NCBI GenBank assembly: GCA_964438315.1
Contig: CAYTKH010000002.1
Location: forward strand, 1 to 41,681
Reading direction: 5' to 3'
From: an uncultured Muribaculaceae bacterium
GTDB taxonomy: Bacteria; Bacillota_I; Bacilli_A; RF39; UBA660
Length of the DNA stretch: 41,681 bases
Below, in pieces: positions 32,987 to 41,681 of the stretch. The notes beneath the pieces were generated by a model that saw nothing but the letters and a program-made list of their open reading frames with translations, did no database searches and had not been told where the DNA came from. The first letter of the stretch is position 1. Every line of letters begins with the position of its first letter. The translations under genes and the position numbers were made by a program.

Positions 32987-33840
32987 TTATATAGTTCTTC
33001 TTTTAAATGTTCAATATTTTCATTCATAAGTGTAATATAGTCAGCTTTATCATTTTTCTGTTCTTCTGTTAATATAGATAAATTATTAAGTTCAATAGTT
33101 TTAGCTTTCGTCTGTTCTACAAGTTTTTTAACAGTATTATTTAAATTATCATTATCAAAGGTAAATATATAGTTTAAATCTCCATTTAGTAATTTTTTAG
33201 CATCACTTACAACCTTTTCCGTTAAATTGTCGTTTTCTTCTAATGATATAACTTTGAAACCGTATTTTTCTAAAAACCTTAATGCATCATTATCGGATAT
33301 TATTATTGGATTACTGCTGTTTTCACTTAGTAGTTTAAGCTTTGCATCTAAATTAGAAACAATTATTTTAAGTTCATCGTATTTTTTATTTATTTCTTCT
33401 GTAAGATAGTGATTGTTTATATATCTTAAAAGACCGTTTTTAATATTTAACGATATCATTAAAAAATTAGAAGGATCAATCCAAAGTTCAGACATGTCAT
33501 AGGTGATTTCCATACTTTGAGTAGAATCTATAATCATGAGGTTTTTATTGTGCTTAAACATTGAATTTACATAGTTTTTTTCTTTGCTAAGACCGTTAAA
33601 TACATATAAATCCATTTTACTATAATCTTTTATTTGTTTTTTTGTTAAGTCATATTTTGATATATTTGAACCTGGTGGATATATACTATATATTTTACTA
33701 TGATCTTTATATAAAGTGTTTACTATATATTCTATTGGATAAGATGTTGCATATATTGTTATGTTTTCTAAATTATCTCTTTTGAAACAACCTGTTGCTA
33801 GTGTACATAATATAATTATCAATAAAATTAATTTTTTCAT
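32983..33840 (-). CDS. Metal (Zn/Mn) ABC-transporter substrate-binding lipoprotein, ZnuA/TroA family, without adjacent permease or ATPase genes
   Basis: Lipobox [22 protein letters not shown]...DLYVFNG...EKY matches the family 9 solute-binding layout. Confidence 0.65.
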
Positions 33841-34058
33841 TGTTCTTTCCTTTCTGGGACAGGGTCATACCCATATTTTCCTAATGGATTACACCTTATT
33901 ATTCGTTTAATTCCTAGGTATATCCCTTTTATAAGACCAAACCTCTCAATTGATGTAGCCATATATTCTGAACAGGTTGGTGTGAATCTACAATGGTTGT
34001 GGATACTAATAGGGGTAATTTGATAGAGTGTAATCAATTTAATTACTATATTTTTCAT
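33837..34058 (-). CDS. yidD: Membrane protein insertion efficiency factor YidD
   Basis: [61 protein letters not shown] is the YidD signature. The likely start is MKNIVIK at 34058. Confidence 0.85.
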   Translation of the reverse strand: MKNIVIKLITLYQITPISIHNHCRFTPTCSEYMATSIERFGLIKGIYLGIKRIIRCNPLGKYGYDPVPERKEQ

Positions 34059-34175
34059 AACTATAATTATACTAAAAAAATACTTGTTTGTAAATATCAA
34101 CGAGTGATATAATTGATATGAATATATAGTATTAATCTAAGATTATTATTCTGAATATGAAAGGAACATGATAGC

Positions 34176-34838
34176 ATGAAATTATTAGATGAACTAAATA
34201 TAAAAACAGATAACTTTGAATTATACGAAACAGCATTTACTCATACCTCATATGCTAATGAAAATAAAGTTGACAGCTATGAAAGATTGGAATATTTAGG
34301 AGATGCTGTACTAGAACTTATAATGAGTGAGTATCTATATAGTAATACTGACTATAATGAGGGTGTAATGACTAAGATGAGAGCACACTATGTATGTGAA
34401 AATGCTTTAAATGAATATTCACTTAAGAAAGGACTTAATGAGTACTTAAAATTAGGTCATGGTGAGATTACGAGTGGAGGTAAGTATAGAAAAGCTATCG
34501 TAGCTGATATATATGAAGCTTTTATTGGAGCTTTATACTTAGATCAAGGTATTGAAAGAGCTAAGGAATTTATTTATGAAACAGCCATTCAATGTTTAGA
34601 AAATCATGCAATTGACTTCTTTGATGACTATAAATCAAAACTTCAAGAATTAGTTCAAACTGATAAGAGGAGTTTAGAATATGTTATAACTAAAGAAGAA
34701 GGACCAGCCCACGACAAGACTTTTACTGCTATTGTTAAAATTGATGATATTGTTTATGGTGAAGGAGTAGCCCATAGTAAAAAAGAAGCTGAACAAGAAG
34801 CTGCTAAAAATGCATTAAAAAAGAGTGTTAATATATAG
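34176..34838 (+). CDS. rnc: Ribonuclease III
   Basis: Signature ERLEYLGDAVLEL, and a C-terminal dsRBD (GPAHDKTFTAIVKIDD...GVAHSKKEAEQEAAKNAL). Confidence 0.92.
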   Translation: MKLLDELNIKTDNFELYETAFTHTSYANENKVDSYERLEYLGDAVLELIMSEYLYSNTDYNEGVMTKMRAHYVCENALNEYSLKKGLNEYLKLGHGEITSGGKYRKAIVADIYEAFIGALYLDQGIERAKEFIYETAIQCLENHAIDFFDDYKSKLQELVQTDKRSLEYVITKEEGPAHDKTFTAIVKIDDIVYGEGVAHSKKEAEQEAAKNALKKSVNI

Positions 34839-34852
34839 TATTAGGAATATAA

Positions 34853-34881
34853 ATTTCAAATCAATATTGAAATTTTTTTAA
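34853..34881 (+). terminator. Rho-independent terminator of rnc
   Basis: AAATTTCAA-atcaata-TTGAAATTT followed by tttt. Confidence 0.6.
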
Positions 34882-34896
34882 TATTGAAAAACACTT

Positions 34897-34925
34897 GCAT
34901 TTTAATAAGAAATGTGATATTATAA
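34897..34925 (+). promoter_or_regulatory. Putative sigma-A promoter with an extended -10
   Basis: TTGCAT, a 17-nt spacer ending in TGa, then TATTAT. Confidence 0.5.
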
Positions 34926-34955
34926 CGACGTTTTAAAAGAAAAGGGGAGTTTTGT

Positions 34956-35873
34956 ATGAATAAAAGGGTTAAAAAGGCTTTATACCTTAGTTTGTTAATG
35001 ACGGGTTTATCGATTAAGAAAAGTGATGCCTATACTGTAGAGGCTAGTGGAATATCAAAATATGTAGAAGATACTAATGTATATAGTAATTTTAAAGATT
35101 TAAATGTCTCAAATTTATTTGCTGGTATTGCTAAGGAGCCTCAAAATTATCTAAACTATTTAGCTAGTTTAGAAGAAGATAATAAATATCAAGAATTAAG
35201 TATTATTTCTAATAATAACTATAAAGAACGTAGTGATATAGAAGAAAATCCTATTGATAATAATTATAAAATAAGTAAAGAAGCTAGTTGTGTTGAAGCT
35301 ATATCTAAAGAAAAAACTGATAAATCTAGTGAAATATATCACGATGAAAATTTAGAAGCTCAAACTAGAAGTTGGGAAGAACGTAATTGTGAATTTTCAG
35401 TTTACTATGATAGTTTTCCGTGCGATGTTGAATTTCAAAATCACATAAAGTCTGTTGCTTCAAAATATGAAGTGCCATTTGAGGTATTAATGATTATTTT
35501 AGATCAGGAAACAAATGGTTATTGGAATGCTAATGGGGTAATTTCTAAGACTAATGATTATGGTCTTGCTCAAATTAATAAATGTAACTTACAATTTATT
35601 TATGATAGTATAGGTATTACTAAAAATCAAGTACTAAATGATCCATATAAAGCTGTTGAAGCTGAAGCATTTATAGTTAGATATTGCTTCGATAATATGG
35701 GTTATGACCAATATAATTTTGATTATCGTAATGCTTTTGGTTGTTATAATGGTTGGTTAAAATGGGAAGAAAAAGAGCCATGTAGGAAATATGCTGATAG
35801 ATGTATGGAAAGATTAAGTGAGCATTTTGATATTAATGATAGATATATTGGTAATAAAATGGTAAAAAAATAA
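34956..35873 (+). CDS. Secreted lytic transglycosylase (SLT) domain protein
   Basis: Signal peptide, then VPFEVLMIILDQETNGYW...NDYGLAQIN...DPYKAVEAEAFIVRY (SLT catalytic Glu and GLxQI motif). Confidence 0.7.
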   Translation: MNKRVKKALYLSLLMTGLSIKKSDAYTVEASGISKYVEDTNVYSNFKDLNVSNLFAGIAKEPQNYLNYLASLEEDNKYQELSIISNNNYKERSDIEENPIDNNYKISKEASCVEAISKEKTDKSSEIYHDENLEAQTRSWEERNCEFSVYYDSFPCDVEFQNHIKSVASKYEVPFEVLMIILDQETNGYWNANGVISKTNDYGLAQINKCNLQFIYDSIGITKNQVLNDPYKAVEAEAFIVRYCFDNMGYDQYNFDYRNAFGCYNGWLKWEEKEPCRKYADRCMERLSEHFDINDRYIGNKMVKK

Positions 35874-35880
35874 AAGACCC

Positions 35881-36453
35881 TTATGAGTCTTTTCTTTGAA
35901 TCTTTGTATCTAGATAGTAATTACGTAGTTCTTTGAATCTTTGATAATGAACCACTTCTCTTTGTCTTAAAAATGATAATGGTGCTATTACATCAATGTC
36001 ATTAGTTAAATCCATTAAATGCTCATAAGTAGCTCTTGCTCTTTGCTCAGCAGCCATATCACTTTCTAAATCTGCAATAAAATCACCAGTAGTTTCAATA
36101 TATGATGATGTAAAAGGAACACCGTTTGGATCATTTAAAAATAGTCCTCCATCATGCATAGTAAACATACCACCCATTCCAGCTTGTTTGATTTCTTCTA
36201 TTGTAGCACCTTTTGTTAGTTGGTATATCATCGCTGATATCATTTCTAAGTGGGCTAATTCTTCTGTGGCAATATCGGTTAATAGGGCTTTACCCTTATC
36301 ATCTGGCATAGTATATCTTTGATTTAAATATCTTAAAGCAGCAGCAAGTTCAGAATCAGGTCCACCATATTGTGCGTATAAATATTTAGCCATTTTTAAA
36401 TCTTTATTTTTTATATTAACAGGATATTGTAATTTTTTTTCATATTTCCACAT
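35881..36453 (-). CDS. cotJC: Spore coat protein CotJC (manganese catalase family)
   Basis: MWKYEKKLQYPVNIKNKDLKMAKYLYAQYGGPDSELAAALRYLNQRY...EELAHLEMI. A GGAGG SD lies inside the end of cotJB. Confidence 0.9.
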   Translation of the reverse strand: MWKYEKKLQYPVNIKNKDLKMAKYLYAQYGGPDSELAAALRYLNQRYTMPDDKGKALLTDIATEELAHLEMISAMIYQLTKGATIEEIKQAGMGGMFTMHDGGLFLNDPNGVPFTSSYIETTGDFIADLESDMAAEQRARATYEHLMDLTNDIDVIAPLSFLRQREVVHYQRFKELRNYYLDTKIQRKDS

Positions 36454-36454
36454 T

Positions 36455-36883
36455 TTAATTACCTCCTCTTTCCCAAGGCCAAGGTTCATTATCCCACGCC
36501 CATGGATATACCATATTTGCTTCGTTGTTTACTTGAATTGGACCAAATTGTTTTTGGTATTCATCCATTAGTTTTTTAGCTTCCTTGCTATATGCTGAGA
36601 ATGCCATAATCATATCCTTATCATCAGGATGTATATCCAAATAAAGATTGATATCATGAGCTGCAAAACATAGTGCATCTAAACGTGTTTTTAAGTTATC
36701 TTCTAATGGTATTGGATTGGCTAGTTTATAGGCATTGTATAGTTTTGGAAACATATTTCCCCGTATAAATCCCTGATAAGGATCATACATATCATTAGCA
36801 TTTACATTTTCTGTAAATATTGGTTTATTATAATTATTATTCATATAATTATAATAGTCTAAAGCATTTTTATATTCATTCAT
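36455..36883 (-). CDS. cotJB: Spore coat protein CotJB with an N-terminal CotJA-like extension
   Basis: LDALCFAAHDINLYLDIHPDDKDMIMAF...FGPIQV...PWAWDNEPWPWE is CotJB. The N-terminal 60 aa contain DPYQGFIRGNMFPKLYNAYK, which resembles the CotJA GTxFPxLxxPY motif. GGAGG lies 6 nt before the ATG at 36883. Confidence 0.8.
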   Translation of the reverse strand: MNEYKNALDYYNYMNNNYNKPIFTENVNANDMYDPYQGFIRGNMFPKLYNAYKLANPIPLEDNLKTRLDALCFAAHDINLYLDIHPDDKDMIMAFSAYSKEAKKLMDEYQKQFGPIQVNNEANMVYPWAWDNEPWPWERGGN

Positions 36884-37067
36884 GTTATACCTCCATTTTA
36901 TATTAGTCAATTTAATGAGATATGTATAGGCATGTAACTATATAAAAATAAGTTATCTAAAATTATTTTAGTGTATTCATGCAAAAACTTATAAAAAAGT
37001 TTATTAATTTGATAAAAATGCTTGATAATTTTAAAAAAAATTGATATATTATATTAGTAAATGTTAT

Positions 37068-37144
37068 GGCGTGATTGGTGAAGTGGTTAACACGGCGGAT
37101 TGTGGTTCCGTTATGCAAGAGTTCGATCCTCTTATCGCGCCCCA
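37068..37144 (+). tRNA. tRNA-His (GTG), CCA encoded
   Basis: 8-bp acceptor stem including G-1:C73 (GGCGTGAT / ATCGCGCC), anticodon arm GCGGA-TTGTGGT-TCCGT, T-arm AAGAG-TTCGATC-CTCTT, then CCA. Confidence 0.92.
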
Positions 37145-37244
37145 TATTGAATTTTACGCACACCTTTGTGCGAAAGTTAAAGTAAAAGTTCGTAATACTT
37201 GATATTATGGACTTTTTTCTTTGCAAAGGTGGTGAGTATATAAA

Positions 37245-37538
37245 ATGAATGTGTCCATAGAGATTTTAGAATTTCCTTTGTGTATAAAAAATAAGATATT
37301 AAGAATTAAAAATATTACCAAACTAAACATAGAATATATTGCAGGAAAGAATATTGTCTTTAATCATTCTAATTTAGGATTAAATGAACCGCATAAAATT
37401 GTCATTAGTAATAATACTCAAAGAATAGTTTTACTTTGTTATGATGATGATTCAATTCTATACAATGAAGATTTATCAGATACTATTACTATAACTGAAT
37501 TAAGCAATATAATTGAATACTTATTAAAAGAAAATTAA
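37245..37538 (+). CDS. Hypothetical protein (97 aa)
   Basis: Good SD AAAGGTGGTGAG. No recognisable motif. Lies between tRNA-His and the recombinase. Confidence 0.45.
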   Translation: MNVSIEILEFPLCIKNKILRIKNITKLNIEYIAGKNIVFNHSNLGLNEPHKIVISNNTQRIVLLCYDDDSILYNEDLSDTITITELSNIIEYLLKEN

Positions 37539-37617
37539 AAAAATTTTAAATTCATTTTACTCTTTATTTATAAGGGTTAAACAACTGTTTTTAGGTATAA
37601 TTTTCAAATTGTGTCCG

Positions 37618-37646
37618 TTGCATGTCCTAAAAAAATGTGGTATTAT
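37618..37646 (+). promoter_or_regulatory. Putative sigma-A promoter
   Basis: TTGCAT, a 17-nt spacer, then TATTAT. Confidence 0.45.
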
Positions 37647-37652
37647 GACAAT

Positions 37653-37731
37653 ATACGAAAATTCTAGATAATCGTATATTTGAATTATTTTGCAGTTCTT
37701 AATACAAGGGAAATTCTTCCTTGTTTTTTTG
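37653..37731 (+). ncRNA. Candidate ~80-nt sRNA, or a terminator-containing leader of the recombinase gene
   Basis: Downstream of the promoter there is a hairpin AATATACGA-13nt-TCGTATATT (37650-37680), then ACAAGG-9nt-CCTTGT followed by TTTTTTT (37704-37730). The recombinase SD follows 20 nt later. Confidence 0.35.
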
Positions 37732-37763
37732 TCGTTTAAAAAAATATAGAAAAGGAGAGATGA

Positions 37764-39503
<1,740 letters not shown>

Positions 39504-39594
39504 AAAAGAGTTTAATTTGTGGTAAAATATTTAATGAAAGAACTATATTTTGAATAGGTCAATCGCGACTGACCAATCATGAAAGGAAGAAAAA

Positions 39595-40602
39595 ATGTTA
39601 GAAAAAAATAATGCTGAGATGATTCAAGAAATTAAAGAAGTTATTTTGAGTAGTAGAAAAAAAGTGGCTTATGAAGTAAATAATACTATGTTATATGCAT
39701 ATTGGAATGTTGGAAGAATTATTGTTGAAAATGAACAAAATGGTAATATTAAAGCAGAATATGGAAAACAAATTATGAAAGAACTCTCTAAGGAATTAAG
39801 AAAAATTTTAGGAGCAGGATTTTCTGTCAGCAATTTATTTAATATGCGTAAACTTTATATTACTTATCCAAAATTCCAGACAGTGTCTGGAAAATTGAGT
39901 TGGTCGCACTATTGTGAATTATTGAGTATTGAGAATGCTGATGAGCGAAATTTTTATGAAAAAGAATGTTTAAATTCTAGTTGGAGCGTAAGGGAACTAA
40001 AAAGGCAATTAGAAACATCTTTATTCGAAAGATTATTACTTTCTGAAGGAAAAAAGAATAAGGAAAAAGTTTATGAATTATCAAAGGTTGGACAATCACT
40101 TAATACACCCGAAGATGTATTAAAAGAACCTTATGTGTTTGAGTTTTTAGGAGTTAAAGAAAATAAACCAATTTTAGAAAAAGATTTAGAGCAAAAGTTA
40201 GTAAAGCATATTGAAGAGTTTTTACTTGAATTAGGAAAAGGTTTTATGTTTGTTGGAACACAACAAAGAGTTACTTTAGGAAATACTCACTATTATGTTG
40301 ATATGGTTTTTTATAATAAAATATTAAAATGTTATGTTTTAATTGATTTAAAAGTTGGTCAAATGAAAGCTGAATATGCAGGTCAAATGAATATGTATTT
40401 AAATTACTATAATGAAGAAATAAATGATAAAGACGATAATAAACCAATAGGAATTATTCTTTGCAAAAGTAAAAAAGATATTGCAATTGATTATGCTTTA
40501 GGAGGGCTTTCAAACAATGTTTTTGCCTCTACTTATACTTATTATATTCCTAATAAAGAGGAATTAATAAATGAAGTTGAAAAAGTTTTAAATGAAAATT
40601 GA
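39595..40602 (+). CDS. YhcG/DUF1016 family PD-(D/E)XK nuclease-domain protein
   Basis: YWNVGRIIVENEQNGNIKAEYGKQIMKELSKEL, LSWSHYCELLSI, ERNFYEKECLNSSWSVRELKRQL, KEPYVFEFLG and the nuclease core YYVDMVFYNKILKCYVLIDLKVG are all typical of DUF1016. Confidence 0.8.
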   Translation: MLEKNNAEMIQEIKEVILSSRKKVAYEVNNTMLYAYWNVGRIIVENEQNGNIKAEYGKQIMKELSKELRKILGAGFSVSNLFNMRKLYITYPKFQTVSGKLSWSHYCELLSIENADERNFYEKECLNSSWSVRELKRQLETSLFERLLLSEGKKNKEKVYELSKVGQSLNTPEDVLKEPYVFEFLGVKENKPILEKDLEQKLVKHIEEFLLELGKGFMFVGTQQRVTLGNTHYYVDMVFYNKILKCYVLIDLKVGQMKAEYAGQMNMYLNYYNEEINDKDDNKPIGIILCKSKKDIAIDYALGGLSNNVFASTYTYYIPNKEELINEVEKVLNEN

Positions 40603-40624
40603 TGTCAATGGAGGAAGGTATTAT

Positions 40625-41221
40625 ATGAATAAAGAAGAATTTTTATCTAAATATTGGAGATATTATTTAAATATTGAAAATGACGTTATAAATTTAGAAA
40701 AATATATTACTTTTGATAAAAGAAATTATCGTTGCTTTTCGGTAGAATTTATTAAAATAATTCAAGTTATATGCTCGGAAATAGATGTAATATTACATTT
40801 AATAACTTCAAAAGGAAATATGAATGGGTATAAGGAATTTTTATCAAATGATATTAGGTATAAATGTATACAAAAGAGTAAGACACAATTAAAGCTAAAT
40901 AAAGAAATACAATTATCTCCTTTTAAATTATTAAAAAAAGATAAAGGTTTAGATTGGTGGGGTAGTTATAATGATATTAAGCATCATAGACAGGATCATG
41001 ATAATTTTGTTAAGGCTAATTTATATAATGTATTAACCTCATTATCGGCATTATATTTTTTGGAATGTTTATACTATAATTTTAATTATTATGATATAAA
41101 TGATCATAATAGTGATTCTATGCCTAGGCCTAAATCTAAATTGTTTGAATCAATTAATAATATAAAAGATAATGTTGTTGATACACTTGAATTTATTCAA
41201 GTTGACGAATGGAATGATTAG
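40625..41221 (+). CDS. Hypothetical all-helical protein, possibly HEPN-like
   Basis: GGAGGAAGG lies 6 nt before the ATG at 40625, so the tracked start at 40592 is too long. Motifs are SVEFIKIIQVICSEIDVILH and LDWWGSYNDIKHHRQDH. This is only a resemblance to HEPN-type toxins, because the canonical R-x4-6-H motif is not clearly present. Confidence 0.4.
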   Translation: MNKEEFLSKYWRYYLNIENDVINLEKYITFDKRNYRCFSVEFIKIIQVICSEIDVILHLITSKGNMNGYKEFLSNDIRYKCIQKSKTQLKLNKEIQLSPFKLLKKDKGLDWWGSYNDIKHHRQDHDNFVKANLYNVLTSLSALYFLECLYYNFNYYDINDHNSDSMPRPKSKLFESINNIKDNVVDTLEFIQVDEWND

Positions 41222-41341
41222 CAAATATTAATTTAATGATGGTAATTTCTATTTGTAAAAAAATGTCAATAATTAATTATTTGCATTGAATTTATAGACA
41301 TTTATGTTACAATATTATTGTATGTTTGTACAGACTTTTTT

Positions 41342-41494
41342 GTTTTATATGGATTTTTTTATGTTGCTTTAACAAGAACGAAAGGTTTTGTTTATATTTT
41401 AGTACCAAATATACCAATTCTAAAACGTTTAAAGTTTTTTATGGAAATTAAAAACGAAGAAAATGTTTCTGAAGATTATAGTTATGTTAAGTAG
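41342..41494 (+). pseudogene. 3'-terminal relic of an SF1 (UvrD/RecD-like) helicase gene
   Basis: The frame reads ...LYGFFYVALTRTKGFVYILVPNIPILKRLKFFMEIKNEENVSEDYSYVK*. YVALTR(A/T)K-x-x-L/V-x-I is helicase motif VI. There is no start codon or upstream helicase body; the frame is closed by TAA at 41270. Confidence 0.5.
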
Positions 41495-41502
41495 GTGAAG
41501 TT

Positions 41503-41631
41503 ATGGCGAGAAGAAAACGTAATTACTACTATGATGTAGATTATACAGGATTTTTTATCTTTTTTTGTATAGCTTTTGTATGGTCAATATTTACAAAGTA
41601 TTACATAATTGTCTTGATAATTTTAGGTTAG
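41503..41631 (+). CDS. Small hydrophobic peptide (42 aa), not in the ORF track
   Basis: SD GTAGGTGAAG, then ATG giving MARRKRNYYYDVDYTGFFIFFCIAFVWSIFTKYYIIVLIILG: a basic N-terminus followed by one or two TM segments. Confidence 0.3.
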   Translation: MARRKRNYYYDVDYTGFFIFFCIAFVWSIFTKYYIIVLIILG

Positions 41632-41681
41632 TGTAAAGAGTTTTGGGGTAAAAAGATAAAAAAGTTGAATTTTATAATAAA

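Noticed and set aside
32983-34058. yidD translationally coupled to a ZnuA-like lipoprotein gene, considered as a functional unit
   Set aside because: There is a 4-nt overlap, but no permease or ATPase genes and no obvious mechanistic link. It is most simply an orphan solute-binding protein gene, so it was not elevated to a finding.
36963-37226. 87-aa minus-strand ORF
   Set aside because: It lies antisense across the tRNA-His gene (37068-37144), is low-complexity, and has no SD. It is a spurious ORF.

Overview
This is a very AT-rich chromosomal segment from a Firmicute. The cotJ genes suggest a spore-former, and gene content looks Clostridia- or Erysipelotrichia-like. GC content was not computed.

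- **1-10.4 kb:** ordinary origin-proximal housekeeping genes, mostly on the minus strand (rlmH, yycJ-like MBL hydrolase, dnaB, rplI, whiA, mscL, a GH25 muramidase, rmuC, trmL).
- **10.4-11.9 kb:** a 1.5-kb zone with no intact gene. It holds a candidate ~200-nt sRNA bounded by a promoter and a terminator, a 296-bp MITE-like deletion derivative of an IS1595-type element with perfect 28-bp terminal inverted repeats, and pseudogene debris.
- **11.9-15.8 kb:** a VanC/VanL-type D-Ala-D-Ser vancomycin-resistance-like operon (ligase, VanXY, VanT split into membrane and racemase genes) with no vanRS in the window.
- **15.8-25.8 kb:** the most unusual part and my best candidate for an undescribed system. 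A seven-gene operon with one apparent promoter and one terminator encodes:
  - a ~960-aa secreted Cys/His-rich repeat protein (about 65 Cys);
  - two SipW-type signal peptidases;
  - three proteins with SipW-cognate signal peptides (TasA/camelysin-like);
  - an 880-aa multidomain adhesin whose C-terminal module resembles the small TasA-like subunit.
- **26-37 kb:** mixed housekeeping genes: glucosaminidase, Ca-type P-type ATPase, orphan AbiEi-like gene, coaE, a coaD-MBL in-frame fusion across an A8 tract, LysR regulator, ZnuA-like lipoprotein, yidD, rnc, SLT-domain protein, cotJC and cotJB.
- **37.07 kb to the right edge:** tRNA-His followed by an apparent integrated island. It carries a large serine recombinase, a DUF1016/YhcG PD-(D/E)XK nuclease plus a possible HEPN-like partner, an SF1-helicase relic and a small membrane peptide.

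No rRNA genes or CRISPR arrays were seen. All calls come from reading the sequence and from remembered family motifs; no searches were run.
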